64,000 nucleotides of DNA from the human T2T-CHM13v2.0 reference genome, Homo sapiens. The position numbers and the translations under genes were made by a program. How positions within the stretch are numbered: the stretch's first letter is position 1; the number at the start of each line of letters is the position of its first letter. Under the pieces are notes generated by a model that saw only the letters and a list, made by a program, of their open reading frames with translations, had not been told where the DNA came from and searched no databases. Of this stretch, positions 27,801-45,563 are shown piece by piece. Location: NCBI RefSeq assembly GCF_009914755.1, contig NC_060929.1; one strand, 5' to 3'.

Positions 27801-29202
27801 TGTTGCAATTCCATAGGAGGGAAGTTAGTGGGGAGAAATATTGAGAGAGACTATAGTATAAATTAAAATAAAATTTAAAAAATGAGTGGAGTCTGAAAAA
27901 TATAATTTGCAGAGAAAAATTACATTTTATTATAAATTATTATTAAGTAATTTAGTAATAAATTTATGAGGATGTTCTCAAATGACCTTAGAATTAATTT
28001 GTTAAAAAGTGTTTTAGGGACATGTAAAAGGCACCAGGATTGCTATATACCTGATGCCAAGCATAATGTATGATACATAGTAAGAGAGCAGTAGGTAGAA
28101 AGGAAAGAGTCAAAAAAACGAAATGAACCTACAACAAAGTGCTAAACAGATAAGGAAAACATAGCATGAACTATACAAGTAATGTTAGAATATTTAGAGC
28201 CCAGAAGTAGTTGTAATAACATTTGGACTAAGGTAAGGATGCTAAGGCTTTAGATGATGAGCTTGCCAAGACTCTCTACATCTTTTCCACAAGCATTGGG
28301 TCTGCCAAGCCAAGGGGAGTTCTTTTTATCAGTAATACAGGGCAAGAATTCTGGATAGTATTGAAGATCATGCACAAATCGGCGATCTACAAGAAAATTT
28401 TACTTTGGATTATATGTCCAGCGTTAACCTTATATTGAACTAAATTATACTTTGGATTTATACATTGTGGGTAAATTGTGAACATGAGCATGAAATGAGG
28501 TTGATTTAATTTGCCTGGAATAAGGATGCTGTAACAACAATGGAAATAGGGTTTCTGGATCATAGCCAAACACTAAAATAAATTGATGGAATTTTATTTT
28601 TCATTACATTTTGGCTTCATTTGTATTGACATGATTATAGATAAAGATCTCTGTGAATAGACTAACCCCAATTCAGTGCAAGGCTATTTGATCCAAGAGC
28701 AAGAAATTATAATAAAGATGAGCTTTGGAATCCCAACATTGCTTTTTATCTGAATACTTTATAAATTTTTAAAAAGTGTTTTAACAATATAAGATGACAT
28801 TACCTGTAAAGGTTTACATATTGAGTAAGGAAGGGAGACCGTGAGGTTTCTTTATCTCTAAATCATGAAGCATTAGATCCAGGCATAAAATATTCTCTTG
28901 ATATTCTAATTAACTTAGATTTCTTGCAAAGTTTTACTAATTATTATTGCTTTAAAACTAGCAAAGTGATTTTTCTAGCTATTGCTTGCCCACCATCATA
29001 TCTAGAATTTAAACAAAAACTTGGGGATAAGAAATTAAATATTTTATAAATAAAAAGGAAGTATGAAATTAAATTATTAAAAGCCTTTACATTATTCAAA
29101 AATACCTTAAATTTCTCTTTCCTTTACAGTCTATTATTCTTAAATTTTAGACATAAATCTAATAAGACTTCAATTAGCTCAATTTTTGCATTTTACCATT
29201 GC

Positions 29203-29293
29203 TATTTATTTTTTATTTTAATTTTTATTTTATTATACTTTTAAGTTCTGGGATACATATGCAGAATGTGCATGTTTGTTATATAGAGATATA
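29203..29293 (-). mobile_element. Very short L1PA7/8-like 3' end
   Basis: T-rich tail followed by attatacttttaagttctgggatacatatgcagaatgtgcatgtttgtta. Confidence 0.85.
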
Positions 29294-29424
29294 AGGAACC
29301 ATTTGAAACTATACAACTCAGTGATTTTTTTTTAGAAATGTGTAACAACTTGTAGGAATTTCTAGGTAGATGGTTTACAAAAGGGTGGTTTGTCATATAT
29401 TTTTACTTATCTGTGGGTTTGAAA

Positions 29425-34043
<4,619 letters not shown>

Positions 34044-34689
34044 AATTAACTTCTTAAGCCACAATAAAGACAACAAATTAGAGAATGATTTTGCAAGAAT
34101 CTGGCAAATCAACAGTTGCAAGTTATGGCAGGTGTAAAATGAGAAGAAACAGTAAGAGAGAAATACTGCTTACAGCTGAAGCAAGATATCAGAGCATGAC
34201 ATTCTAGGGTATTTATTGAACAGGTAGTTTTCAGACTTTGCTAACATCAGGGGAGGCTGCAGGTCCCAATTAATCAAAGTAGACGTTTCATGACAGCAAG
34301 AGTCAAAGCATTTTATATTCACTATATATTTTAGACCTAATCATATTAACTAACATTTAGGCAGTTTTCACACTGAGATAGCTGCTGGTGAGATAATATT
34401 TTACAAAAACCTGATCGGACTTGAAGCATCCATTTTAAGGGTGGCAGCTGGAACAGACACAGGGTTTTGCCCACAACCAGAACACTACCTCGACAGGATG
34501 GAGGCCCATTCCTTTTATAGCCATATCTGGTACAGAAATAATGGATCATATTTATAAAAAAATACATTTTTACCTAATCTGAGTCAGAGTCCACATGCAG
34601 ATTTCTTTCTTTTCTGTGGTAGCAACATTACACATAATTCAACAGCCACTTTTGGATTGTTGCAATGGGTTTATATTGTCTTGGTAAAC

Positions 34690-34875
34690 TCTTGCTACAT
34701 AAAGTTGTGATCCTTCTGCCAGTAGCATGAATTGTACATGAATTGCACCCGAGAGTTTGCTTGCAATGCAGAATCTCACATCATAGTTCAAATCTCCTAA
34801 ATCAGAATCATTTAACAATATTTTAACAAGACCACCAGCTGATTTATTATGTGCATTAACATTAGAGACTGTTCC
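34690..34875. mobile_element. MER5A (hAT-Charlie) DNA transposon relic
   Basis: aatgcagaatctca...ctcctaaatcagaatc...tattttaacaagaccaccagctgattt...tgtgcattaa. Confidence 0.65.
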
Positions 34876-35519
34876 AAAAAGTGACATATGAATGTTGTGG
34901 CTGCTTGATGAAAGGCCACTGTTTATTTCAGCATTTTCCCAAGAGGAAAATGAGGCTTCTTTGAGAACTTCGGGACTACTGAGAACAGCTTTACACTGTG
35001 TGTTTCAGAACAGAAGCACATAGTTTTTATAATTCAAGGAGTATCAACTTATGAAAACATAGCCACACAACCAAGGTCACAGAGACTATTTATGTTCAGT
35101 CACATGAGTAAGTCTTCACATTACAATCAGCATAGGCTATTTAAAATGTGTATTAAAATCTTGAAATAGTTCTATTTAAAATGCTTAAAATATCTTTTGG
35201 TACCTATTGTTGTATTGCACTTTGTTTTCTGATTTGCCAGATATACAACGTAGTTACTTTATGTTATCTAGTTTCTGAGCACCAAGAAAGAAGATGCTCT
35301 ATTTGTTTGCTCTACAAATACCTGGCAAAGTGTGCCTCATCTATGACACCTACTATTTAACTATGTAAGTTCAAGATACATTGAAGAAAATTAAGCAAAG
35401 TGAAAGAAGGAGGAAGATATTAAAATTGAGTTACTGATAAATCTAGCGTAGTATTACCAAGGAAGTGAAAACTGAAATTTTGCGGATCTATACTGATACT
35501 TATTTTGACTTTGTAAATA

Positions 35520-35866
35520 CTAGTTGAGCATCTCTAATTTGAAAACCCAAAATCTGAAATGCTTCAAACTCCAAAATTTTTTAGCAACTGTCATGATGCC
35601 ACAAGTGGAAAATTCTACACCTGGCCTCAGTGACAGGCTGCAGTCAAAACTTTGTTTCGTGCACAAAATTATTAAAATATTGTATAAAGTTTCCTTTAGG
35701 CCATGTATATAAGGTATATATAAAATATAAATGAATTTTGTGTTTACATTTGGGTGCCATCTCCAAGCTATCTCCTTATGTGTATTCAAATATTCCAAAA
35801 TCCTAAAAAATCCATATGCAAAACACTTCTGGTCCCAAGCATTTCAGATAGGGGATACTAAACCTA
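35520..35866. mobile_element. Tigger4b (Zombi-B) non-autonomous DNA transposon
   Basis: Terminal inverted repeats ctagttgagcatc... and ...gggatactaaaccta, TA at both ends, ~347 bp. Confidence 0.85.
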
Positions 35867-36822
35867 TACTTACAGCTAATGAGTGTTTCAACATTAGGAA
35901 AATGTGATGCATGTATTCATTTATCTATATTTTATGTCTTTACCTGTAATAATTATTTCAAGATTATAAAAAGCTACTATGAAAGATGAAATCAGAACAT
36001 TATCAACAATTTTATATCAAATTTTAATATTTTAACTACAGTGGTATAAACTTCTTTACCATTTCCGTGAGGCTCTCATAACATGTACAATCAATTAATC
36101 GCAAGTAGTTATTGGGTATTTGCTCTAAGCTGATATTGTGCTGGATCCCAAACAACTAGGTGAAGATTACAAGGCATATATTCTGATTTTTATGTTCTTT
36201 CCTGCCAGTTGCTGTAGAACCTATTTTCACTTCTGATGGCAGGAGGAAATTTATGCACTGATAAAATTATACTAAGAGTATTTCGTGTACTAAATTAGTA
36301 GAAAGTTAACATGCAAAGGAACTAAACTTTTCACTGTATCATAGATAACTTAATGGTACTGCAATAAAATCCATCAAAATCTTTATAATGCACAAGAGTA
36401 GCAATTAATGTATAAAATAGAGAAAGATATGAAGATGCTAATTCTGTAGTCAGCAAAGGGTAATTATATGCAAGTATTATAAGATATTGTATACAAGTCT
36501 GTGTATTGTGTAATGAAATACATAAGTTGTGTGTATTTCATCACACAAATGGACCTGATCTATTAAAAACTGCACCATGAACATCAGCATATAAGACTCT
36601 CAGTATTATACTATACAGACATACATTGCTGTATCGAGCTTTACTTTATTGCACTTCACAGATATAAAATTTTTTTCCAAGTTGAACTTGTTTGGCAACA
36701 CTGCATACAGCAAGTCTATTGGGGCCGTTTCTCAACAGCATGTGCTCACTTTGTGTCTCTGTGTCACATTTTGGTACTTCTCACAATATTTTAAACTTTT
36801 TCATTATTATTATACCTGTTAT

Positions 36823-38553
36823 TGATGGCAGCGACAGGCCATCTGGAGTGGCCAATGCCATCATGCCAGCTGCAGCTGGGTGGCACAGCTGGGGCTAAAC
36901 ATTCCATGGAGCTGATGGGAGCCAGGGACAAGTGGAAGCCTGCTTCTTCCAAGTTGAGGAGGGAGCTTCTCAGGTGCCACTGCAGCTGCCCAAACCACAG
37001 CTGCAGACCCAGGCATCCCTGTGCTTTGGGGGACAGGTACCAGGCAGGAGCCCTGCCCTCCTTCGCATAGCTGCACCCACCCAAACCAGGGCTGCATACC
37101 TGGGCCTCCCACTCCATGGAGCAGAGAGGAGCTCCACCCCCCTGGGTGCAGCTGTAGTTGCCCAAACCATGGCTGTGGACCCAGCCATCCCTGCACTCTT
37201 GGGGGCCTGGAAAAGTGTCCTGCCCTTGTAGGCTTGGAAACGCCCTCTCCCAGTACCTGGCTTCTCCCTGCAAATCTGGGAGCAAAGGTGGGGCTGAGCC
37301 CAGGTGCTGTTGCAGCCAGGCCAGGTATGCGCATGCTGGGGCAGTGCTGACATGCCAGCCCCCTGCTGCCTCAGTCCCCTCCAGACTTTGAGTGCCAATG
37401 AGCATGGGAGGGAAGCCAAGTGGGAGGTGACGACAGCTTGGCACTGGCCTGCAGGTGCCCTTGGCATGGACAGCCTGGACATCATGAACAGCAGTGGGAG
37501 GCAAGGATGTTCCTGGGTGGAAGGGAGTGGGTCCCTGGTGAGGCCTCACCTTCAGGCCAGGGAGGGCCTGAAGGCTGGGGGCTGGAATGCCAGTCTGGCA
37601 AATGGAATGGGAGCTTGTGCTGCCTTTTCCAGGCCCACCTGTAGCTGCCCACTGACCAATGGACATGCACTTCCTTCCCTCTGAGGTCCATAAAAGCCCC
37701 AGGCTCAGCCAGAGCAGGACAGACATATGAGACAACCAGTTGCAGAGAGGAGCTACCCACTCCAGGGCCTCCTCTCTGCTGAGAGCTATAGAGAGGATGA
37801 GATGACCTTCCTACAGAGAGGAGCTTCCCACTCCAGGGTCTCCTCTCTGCTAATAGCTGAACACTTGTCAGGACACCCTGGCTGTGGGAAGGAGCTGCCC
37901 CCTGTGGGAGACTGAGCTGTTGTATCACTCAGTAAAGCTCTTCTTTATCTTGCTCACCCTCCACTTGTCTGAATACCTCTTTCTTCCTGGTCACAGTACA
38001 AGAACTCGGGACCAGTTGATTGGCAGGGGTAAATGAGCTGTAACACAAATAGTGCTACATGCCCCTTGCTCTCCACATTGCAGGCAAAGGAAGGAAAGAA
38101 AAGCCATGGCCCTTTGGGGAGTCCAGACCTGGGAATTCCCCAAGCCAGGGCTGTGACTCTTTCTTTGTGGCCCTATGGTTCCTGGTGTTTCCAAGCTTCT
38201 GGGTGCCACTGCATTCCCTGGTGCCAGTGGGGAAGCTGCTTGTGGCACACATGGTTCCAGCCTTGCAGAGAGCTGGTGCCCATGCCAGCACCTGGAGCTG
38301 GCCGCCCCTTGGCAGCAGCCAGTGTGTCTGATGGTGCAGTCACCAGACCCCACACTTATGCCTCTTGCCACTCCACACCTGGGTTGCAGTTTTCCACAGA
38401 GTCATGGGATCCAGGCCAGTAGCATGAGCCAAGTGCAACCTGCCAGGCAGAGTACACAGAATGAGCCCAGCAGACCCAAGCAAAACTCAGGCAAAGGAGT
38501 TTCTGGCCACAGGTTTCCAGCCAGAAAAGCGACATTCCAAAGATTCCATAACA
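36823..38553 (+). mobile_element. MER52A-like ERV1 solo LTR (1731 bp)
   Basis: TGATGGCAGCG...AACA, GC-rich. 4-bp TSD ttat at 36819-36822 and 38554-38557. CCAAT at 37656, TATA-like CATAAAA at 37689, poly(A)-like AGTAAA at 37931. Confidence 0.9.
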
Positions 38554-40638
38554 TTATGGTTAGCTCTGATCAATTATATTAAATGTTACTATTGTAATTG
38601 TTTTGGGGTAGCACAAACTGTGTTAATATAAGACAGTGAAATTAATCTATAAATATGTTTGCTGACTGTTCTACCTACCAGCCCTTCCCATTTCTCTCCA
38701 TTTCCTTGAGCTTCCCTATTTTCTGAGAAACAACAATATTGAAATTAGGCCACTTAATAACCTTCCAGTGGCCTCTACGTTTTCAAGTGAAAGGAAGTCA
38801 TGCATCTCTCACTGTAAATCAAAAACTAGAAATAATTAGGCTTAGTGAGGAAGGCATGTTGAATGCCTAGATAAGCCAAAAGCTAGGCCTCTTGCACCAA
38901 ACAGTTAGGCAAGTTGTGAATGCAAATAAAGTTTCTAAAGAAAATTAAAATTGCTACTCCAGTAAACACAAATGATAAGAAAGTGAAAGAGCCTTATTGC
39001 TGATATGGAGAAAGCTTGAGTGGTCTGGATAGAAGATCAAACCAGACATAACATTCGTCTAAGCCAAAGCTTAATCTTTAGCTCTCTTCAATTCCATAAA
39101 GGCTCAGAGAGGTGAGGAAACTGCAGAAGGAAAGTTTGAAGCTAGTGGAGGTTGGTTCATGAGGTTTAAGGAAAGAAGCCGTCTTTATAGCATAAAGGCA
39201 CAAATTGAAGCAGCAAGTGTTGATGGAGAAGCTGTGGCAAGTTATCCAGAATATATAGCTAAGATCATTGATGAAGGTGGCTACACTAAACAGCGCATCT
39301 TCAACGAAGATGAAATAGCCTTCTCTTGGAAGAAAATGACAAGTAGGACTTTCATAGCTAGAGAGGAGGTTAATGCCGGTCCTTTGAAGTTTCAAAACTT
39401 CAAAGGACAGGCTGACTATCTTGTTAGAGGCTTATGCAGTTGGTGGTTAAGTTGAAGCCAATGCTCACTTACCATTTCAGAAATTGTAGAGCCTTTAAAT
39501 AGTATACTAAATCTGCTCTGTCTGTCCTTTATTAATGGAACAACAAAGGCTGTATGACACCACATTTGTTTATGGCATGGTTTACTGAATATTTTAAGCA
39601 CATTGTTGAGACCTACTGCTCAGAAAAAAAGAAAAAAAATCTTTTCAAAATATTACTGCTTATTGACAATGTACCTGGTCACCCAAGAACTCTAATGGGG
39701 ATGTACAAAGAGTTTAATGTTGTTTTTTTGCCTACTAACACTAATTCATTCTGCAGTCCATGGATTAAAAAGACATTTTGGCTTTCAGGTTTTATTATTT
39801 AAAAACTACCTTTCATGAGGCTATAGCTACCATATATAGTAATTCCTCTAATGGATCTGAGCAAAGTAAATTGAAAACCTTCTGGAAAGAATATATCATT
39901 CCAGATACCTTGAAGAACATTTGTGATTCATGAGAGAAGGTTAAAACACCAACATTAATAGGAGTTAGGAAGAAGTTGATTCCAACTCTCATGTGTTACT
40001 TTGAGGGCTTCATGACTTCAGTGGAAGGAGTAACTACAGATTGGTGGAAGTAGGAAGAGAACTAGAATTAGAAGTGGAGCCTGAAGATGTGCCTGAATTG
40101 CTGCAATCTCATGATAAAACTTGAACAGATGAGTACTTAATTATTAAGGATGAACAAAGAAAGTGGTTTTTGGAGATGAAATCTACTTCTGGTGAAGATG
40201 GTTAACGTTGCTGAAATGACAACAAAGGTTTTAGGATATTTCAAAACTTCATTGATAAAGCAGCAGCAGGGTTGGAGAGGATTGACTTTCATTTTGAAAA
40301 GAAATAATACTGTGGTAAAATGCTATCAAAGAGTATTAGATGCTCCAGAAAAATCTTTTATGAAAGGAAGAATCAATCAATGGTACAAACTCTATTGTTT
40401 TATTTTGAGAAATTACCACAGCTACTCAACATCTTCAGCAACCACTACTCTGATCATTCAGCATGCATCAACAGCAAGGCAACACCCTACATTAGCAAGA
40501 AAAATTACTAGTCGTGGAAGGCTCAGATTATCATTAGCATTTTTTAGCAATAAAGTATTTATAATAAGGTATGTACATTTTTAAAGACATAATGCTGTTG
40601 CACATACAGTTTGCACATGACTTCTATGTGCACTGGAA

Positions 40639-40744
40639 CATGGGAGGGAAGCCGAGTGGGAGCTGAGGGCAGTTTGGTGCTGGCCTGCAAGTGCCCCTTG
40701 ACATGAACGGCCTGGGCATCAAGAACAGCAGTGGGAGGCAGACA
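40639..40744 (+). mobile_element. Isolated 106-bp internal MER52 LTR fragment inside the Tigger1 3' end
   Basis: Aligns with 37403-37503 at about 86% identity by hand count. Confidence 0.9.
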
Positions 40745-41744
40745 TGGAACCCAACCTGCAATATCTTGGAGGTATGTCTGTATACTATTTTAAGTTCTTA
40801 GGCTCTCAAGTAGATAGCATTTTTGCAATTAAGTTCCACGATTGGTTAAATTGTAATTATTAAATTGCACTTCTCATTAAGAGTGTACTAATTTTCCATG
40901 AGATGTAGTTTAGATTTGGTTTCACTTGATAAGATTTAATTCAAAAACACTGATTGGTAATTAAAGACATTGCTCTCTATATGGAGCAGAACACTGTAAT
41001 GGAGGGCTTTCTATCTTCTTTCACTTTCTTATTTCTTTTCCCTCTCCTTAGAGGGAATTGTTTTATCTATATCTAAAACAGATCCACATAAAATGCTTGT
41101 AGATTTTGATGGAAAGTATAATACACAGAAAATAAACATGTTGGGCAACTTTTGTGTGATATCTAAAATACAATGGCAGTCACTTTTCTTCTGGAATTAA
41201 TAACTGCCTTTTTCTTACTGTATCAGTGTGATTCTGAACATAAAGTGCCTAAGTGTTTGAAAAATATTATTTGGAGGAATAGGGAAGCATTAAAAAGTCC
41301 ATTCCAGCACTGACTGAATTTAACATTATAATCTTTTCATTCTTGTAAATGATATTTGGGGAAGAAAAGTTTAAGATAGTCTGTAACTGTGACTAAAGCA
41401 GTTTTAGCCCAATACCAGAGTCATCCACTGAATCATAGTTTACAGTTTTCAGGAGTGCACTTAAATGCCTAAAGTGGCTCATAGCATGAACAGTCTAAAG
41501 AATTATATGAACGACAAATAAATAGCTGTTACTGTTAAATAAAATTGCAATAATATCATTGAAATAAATGTTCCCTAAATGTATTTACCAACTGTAGAAA
41601 ACTAACATATTTATAAAATTTGATTATAGACAAAAATAGTGTTCGGAGAGCAAACCACACATTTTCACCACATACACTTAATATGGAATACCCAGCATTA
41701 TACCTTGAAGAGAATGCTAATTATTTTACAATTTTGAGCACCTC

Positions 41745-42025
41745 CTTCTGGTGTTTTCTCAAAGATCACCTTGGTGAGGTCTTCCCTAATCACTGTATTA
41801 AAAATTTCTATGTTCCTCTATGCCAATACTCCTTAACTGTCTTCCCAGTGTACGTTTTCTCCTTAGCATTTGTGTGTGTGTGTTTGTGCATGTACTTTGT
41901 TTTTTATCTGTCCTCCACAACTGGAATGTAAGCTGTGTGTCTCTGTTGTTCACTGCTATATTGTTTGGACTAAGAAAAATGCCTGGAATTTGCTAAATGC
42001 TCAATAAATAACTCAAGTAAATACA
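41745..42025 (+). mobile_element. L2a 3' end
   Basis: ctggaatgtaagct...gttcactgctatat...aatgcctgg...tgctcaataaata. Confidence 0.75.
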
Positions 42026-43544
42026 TTTTAGACCTATGCTGAAAAGTGAGCTTTAAAATGGATGATCTGTTTCAGATGGTGATATAATATTCTTCTATAC
42101 TGTTATTTCGAGAACAGAGTTCATTAAGATATTTTCACATTTAGAAACTTCTCATGACCAAGTATTATCAACACATTCACTGTTGCCATAGCATAAAATT
42201 GTTTCTCATCATGAAATATGCTCTGACAAAGCAAACAAACACTACAGGTGTTTGTAATATGCGCCATATTCATTAGTAATTTATAGAAATATTATAGTAA
42301 GGTTGTAAGATAAAATTAGCAATCGTGTGTGTGTGTGTGTATACATACACACATACATAATAAATTCATACCCCCAGTTCAGGACTAACAATAAATAAAC
42401 TGTGTCCTACACAAGCAAAGACCGTAAGAGAATTATATAACAGGGTTATTAACAGTCAAATTTATTAAGAAGAAGAAACACTTAGATGAAGGAGCTGTAA
42501 CCCTTGGGTTATATAGACACATAATAAAATTACAAACAGAGAAGATTAATTACAAGTAAATAATTATATGTACAGAAATTTTTTCCCAATTGTAGAAAGA
42601 ACTTCTTAAAAGTAAACAATGTGTGTGTGTGCACATGTGTGCAGGATTGTGAAAAGAGAGATAATGAGAAAGGGAAAGAGAAAATTCAACACTTAGTCAA
42701 TTAGTTATACCTTGGTAAATGTTCTCTATTTCAAGTATAAAGAATTAGCTCTAAAAAAATTATCTTCACAGCAAAAATGAAAGGTTTATCTCTAAATTTA
42801 CAAAAATTAAGCCAGTCTCAGACTTCCTTTTACAACATTAATGTCCCAAAGATAATAAATCCAAATGTACCAAGTTGTGTGTAAAACGTTTTGTGACACA
42901 GGAGTTTTTCTGTCCAGCTAAATTTAGAAAAGCATTATTATTAAATAAGCAAGGACTCAGACACATATCCTCCACAACCACTTTTTAGAGAAAAGAAAAA
43001 GTGGTTTTGAGCTTATATTCCTTCTAAATATAAATATGTATCCTAAGTACAGAAAACTTATAGTTTTAAAATATTGCTGTTTGGCAATCAGAGCAGTTAA
43101 ACACAGTGTTTAAATCATTGTAAATATCATCCTGAGGCAATACAGATATAGACAGCTCTTATGAAAACTCATGAGTAAAATTTAAAAATTATCTACTTTA
43201 TACTATTAAGAAACTGGTGTTTAGAAGCTGGCAGGTGGGCAAAAGTAGGTAGAGTTTGCTGAATTCTTAAATCAAGAAAATAAAAATAAATTTGAAAACA
43301 TTGGCAAGTGGAGAATTATTAATACATTTAAAGATAAATAGAATAATCAAAAAATGAAATGCCATGAAGGAGTTGGGGTGGGTGTACGAAAACAAGATAA
43401 ATAAATAGTGGCCCATATCAATATATAGTCTTTAGCACCATTTATGCAACTCAACATACCAGGTAAGAAATGTTCAAATGTGTTCATATTCATGTCACAG
43501 TCCCCTCAGAGAAGCACTGGCCTAGGTAGCCATGCTATAGAAGA

Positions 43545-43708
43545 ATGACATGCTATAATGTCTCCCTTGCAGCCTCCAGAAGGAATCAACCATGCATGAC
43601 ACTTCGACTTTGAACTTCTGGCTTCCAGAAATAGAAAAATACATTTCTATTGCTTTAAGCCATCAAGTTGGTGATAATTTATTATAACAGCTTCAGAAAA
43701 TGAATACA
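43545..43708 (+). mobile_element. MLT1C/D LTR, 3' part
   Basis: agcctccagaaggaatcaacc...ttctggcttccagaa...tttaagccatcaagtt...gaataca. Confidence 0.75.
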
Positions 43709-45563
43709 AACCTTTTTCATCTTTTTTATAGGGAGGTCACTTTTTTCAGTAATAGTAAAATACTTCTCCATAAGTGAAAACTCTAAAATGCTGATTTGAT
43801 TCCTTTTTCTAAATGTCAATATAAAAAATTGACTATTTTGCTATTGAACAAAAGTAACTTAAGTGAGACCAAAGACAAGCATCCTCCACAATAATGTGAA
43901 AGTCAAAACTGCTACATCCATCTGTTGCAGGAAAGAAGAAACTTCTTTGGCTCCATCCTATAAAGTTCATGTCCACATGACGACGGTTGGTGTTGTAAAG
44001 AGTGACCCACTGGCACACAGGAAAATAACCTCTTCTGTGTGTGTGTGTATACATACATATATACACTAAAAAACTACTTAGTAAATTCAGAAGTTTGTAT
44101 GTCCAGAGATTATCTGCAGGGCTGTTTCCATCTCATTATATAAGTATATTAGTTGGGAAACATTAACAGAGGGTCCAAGGATCCAAGAATACATTCATTT
44201 TTGTGCCATAAAGTGACTTCTTCCTCAAAGTTCATAGTGCTTATTTTCATTATAATGTATCTAGAAATTCATCTTAACCTTTCTTGTGGCTTCTTTTATT
44301 TCCAAAAATGGTTATACAAATGTTTTGTTTTTATTTAATTTCTTATAAGTATATATTATTTGCTCTCAAACAGTATGGATTCTTGAAGGAAATGACCATA
44401 TCTTATTTATATTTGCCCAGAGCATGTAAAATAATGTTTTGAATAAATAAAGTACTGAAATGAGTTAATTTGCTATTATTAATAAGTAATTTTAAGCTTT
44501 TATTTACATAGTGAAGAATATTTTTACAGCAGTCATTCTCAGTGTGTTGGTGTCTATTATTTTCACCTACTATTACTGAGCAATACCTTTGGCTCTTTGT
44601 AACTTTAAGGGGTAATAATTCAGTTTTGAAAGCCTGAAGTTCAGTAATTGAGAAATAGGAGCCACAAAATAAATTCGTCCAGCCTATTTCTAGACATAAA
44701 AATGCATTATCCATTCTACTGTGGAAAGTCAGGCTTCCAATTATGCATTGTATCTCATCCCTCTTATGTACTCAAGAACTCCCTCTAGCAATTCTCTTCT
44801 CACTTTCCTACATCATGAAGATCTCTAATGAATTCACTTTACAAACCTTTAGAACCATTGAACAAACAAACAACAACACAGATCTACTTTTGCTAATTCT
44901 ATGCATCCATTCCATCAAGACAGTACACTGGCTCAAACTTCAAAATATACTCTAAATCAGACCATTGCTTAGCACCTACACTATTACCGTTACCATTTCC
45001 ATGCTGCTCTGAGCACCCATTTTCTTTTTCCGGGATATTTACCTTCAGTGATACTTTCTCAAAATGGTTGCCGAAGACATCCTTTTAAAGTTTACATGAA
45101 ACCATGTTACTCTCCCACCATAGATTCCCCTTCCGTCTGGATGAAAGCCAAGCCTTTACAGTAGTTGATGAAGCCCTGTAGTTGGTATTGTTAACTTTTG
45201 CTACCAAGGGCTTTCCTGACAATCTGTTTAAGCCTAAGGACATTTTCTGTAAAGTTAATGTTTCCAAATAAATGAAAATCCTAAAATTCTAAAGGAACTC
45301 AATTTTATTGACATTGAAGAAATGTATGTTTTAGAAATATATGTACTTTTGTTCATGAATGTATTAAATAAAAGTTAGCACTTGATTTTCCTAGCACTAG
45401 ATCTAATAACTACTATACTTTTAACATAATCATAACCCTAAACAGTAGTTTTAGATACTTTTATGAACTCTATATGACATAAAATGTTTGTCATTTACTT
45501 TCATAACAAAGTTATATATTGTTAATACCACTATATTGAGATTACACATACTAGTTAGACATA

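Larger units (their letters stand above)
36616..40780 (+). mobile_element. Near full-length Tigger1 (pogo family) with a disrupted transposase, split by MER52A
   Basis: TIRs cagacatac and gtatgtctg with flanking TA. Pieces are 36616-36822 and 38554-40780. Transposase fragments MRFKERSRL...[15 protein letters not shown] and [12 protein letters not shown] (DDE domain). Confidence 0.95.

Noticed and set aside
28238-28443. Stop-free, protein-looking stretch (DAKALDDELAKTLYIF...)
   Set aside because: No recognised homology, no convincing splice-site pair, and the length is within chance.
34044-34060. Target-site duplication for the long L1
   Set aside because: aattaacttctt has only a loose match (aattagctc, ~29172), and it is not adjacent to either tail.
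36791-37735. 314-aa minus-strand ORF and the many overlapping ORFs at 36800-38580
   Set aside because: They lie almost wholly in the GC-rich MER52A LTR, where stop codons are rare in all frames. No recognisable domain.
38780-40480. Tigger1 transposase as a domesticated TIGD-like gene
   Set aside because: The reading frame is broken into short pieces by frameshifts and stops.
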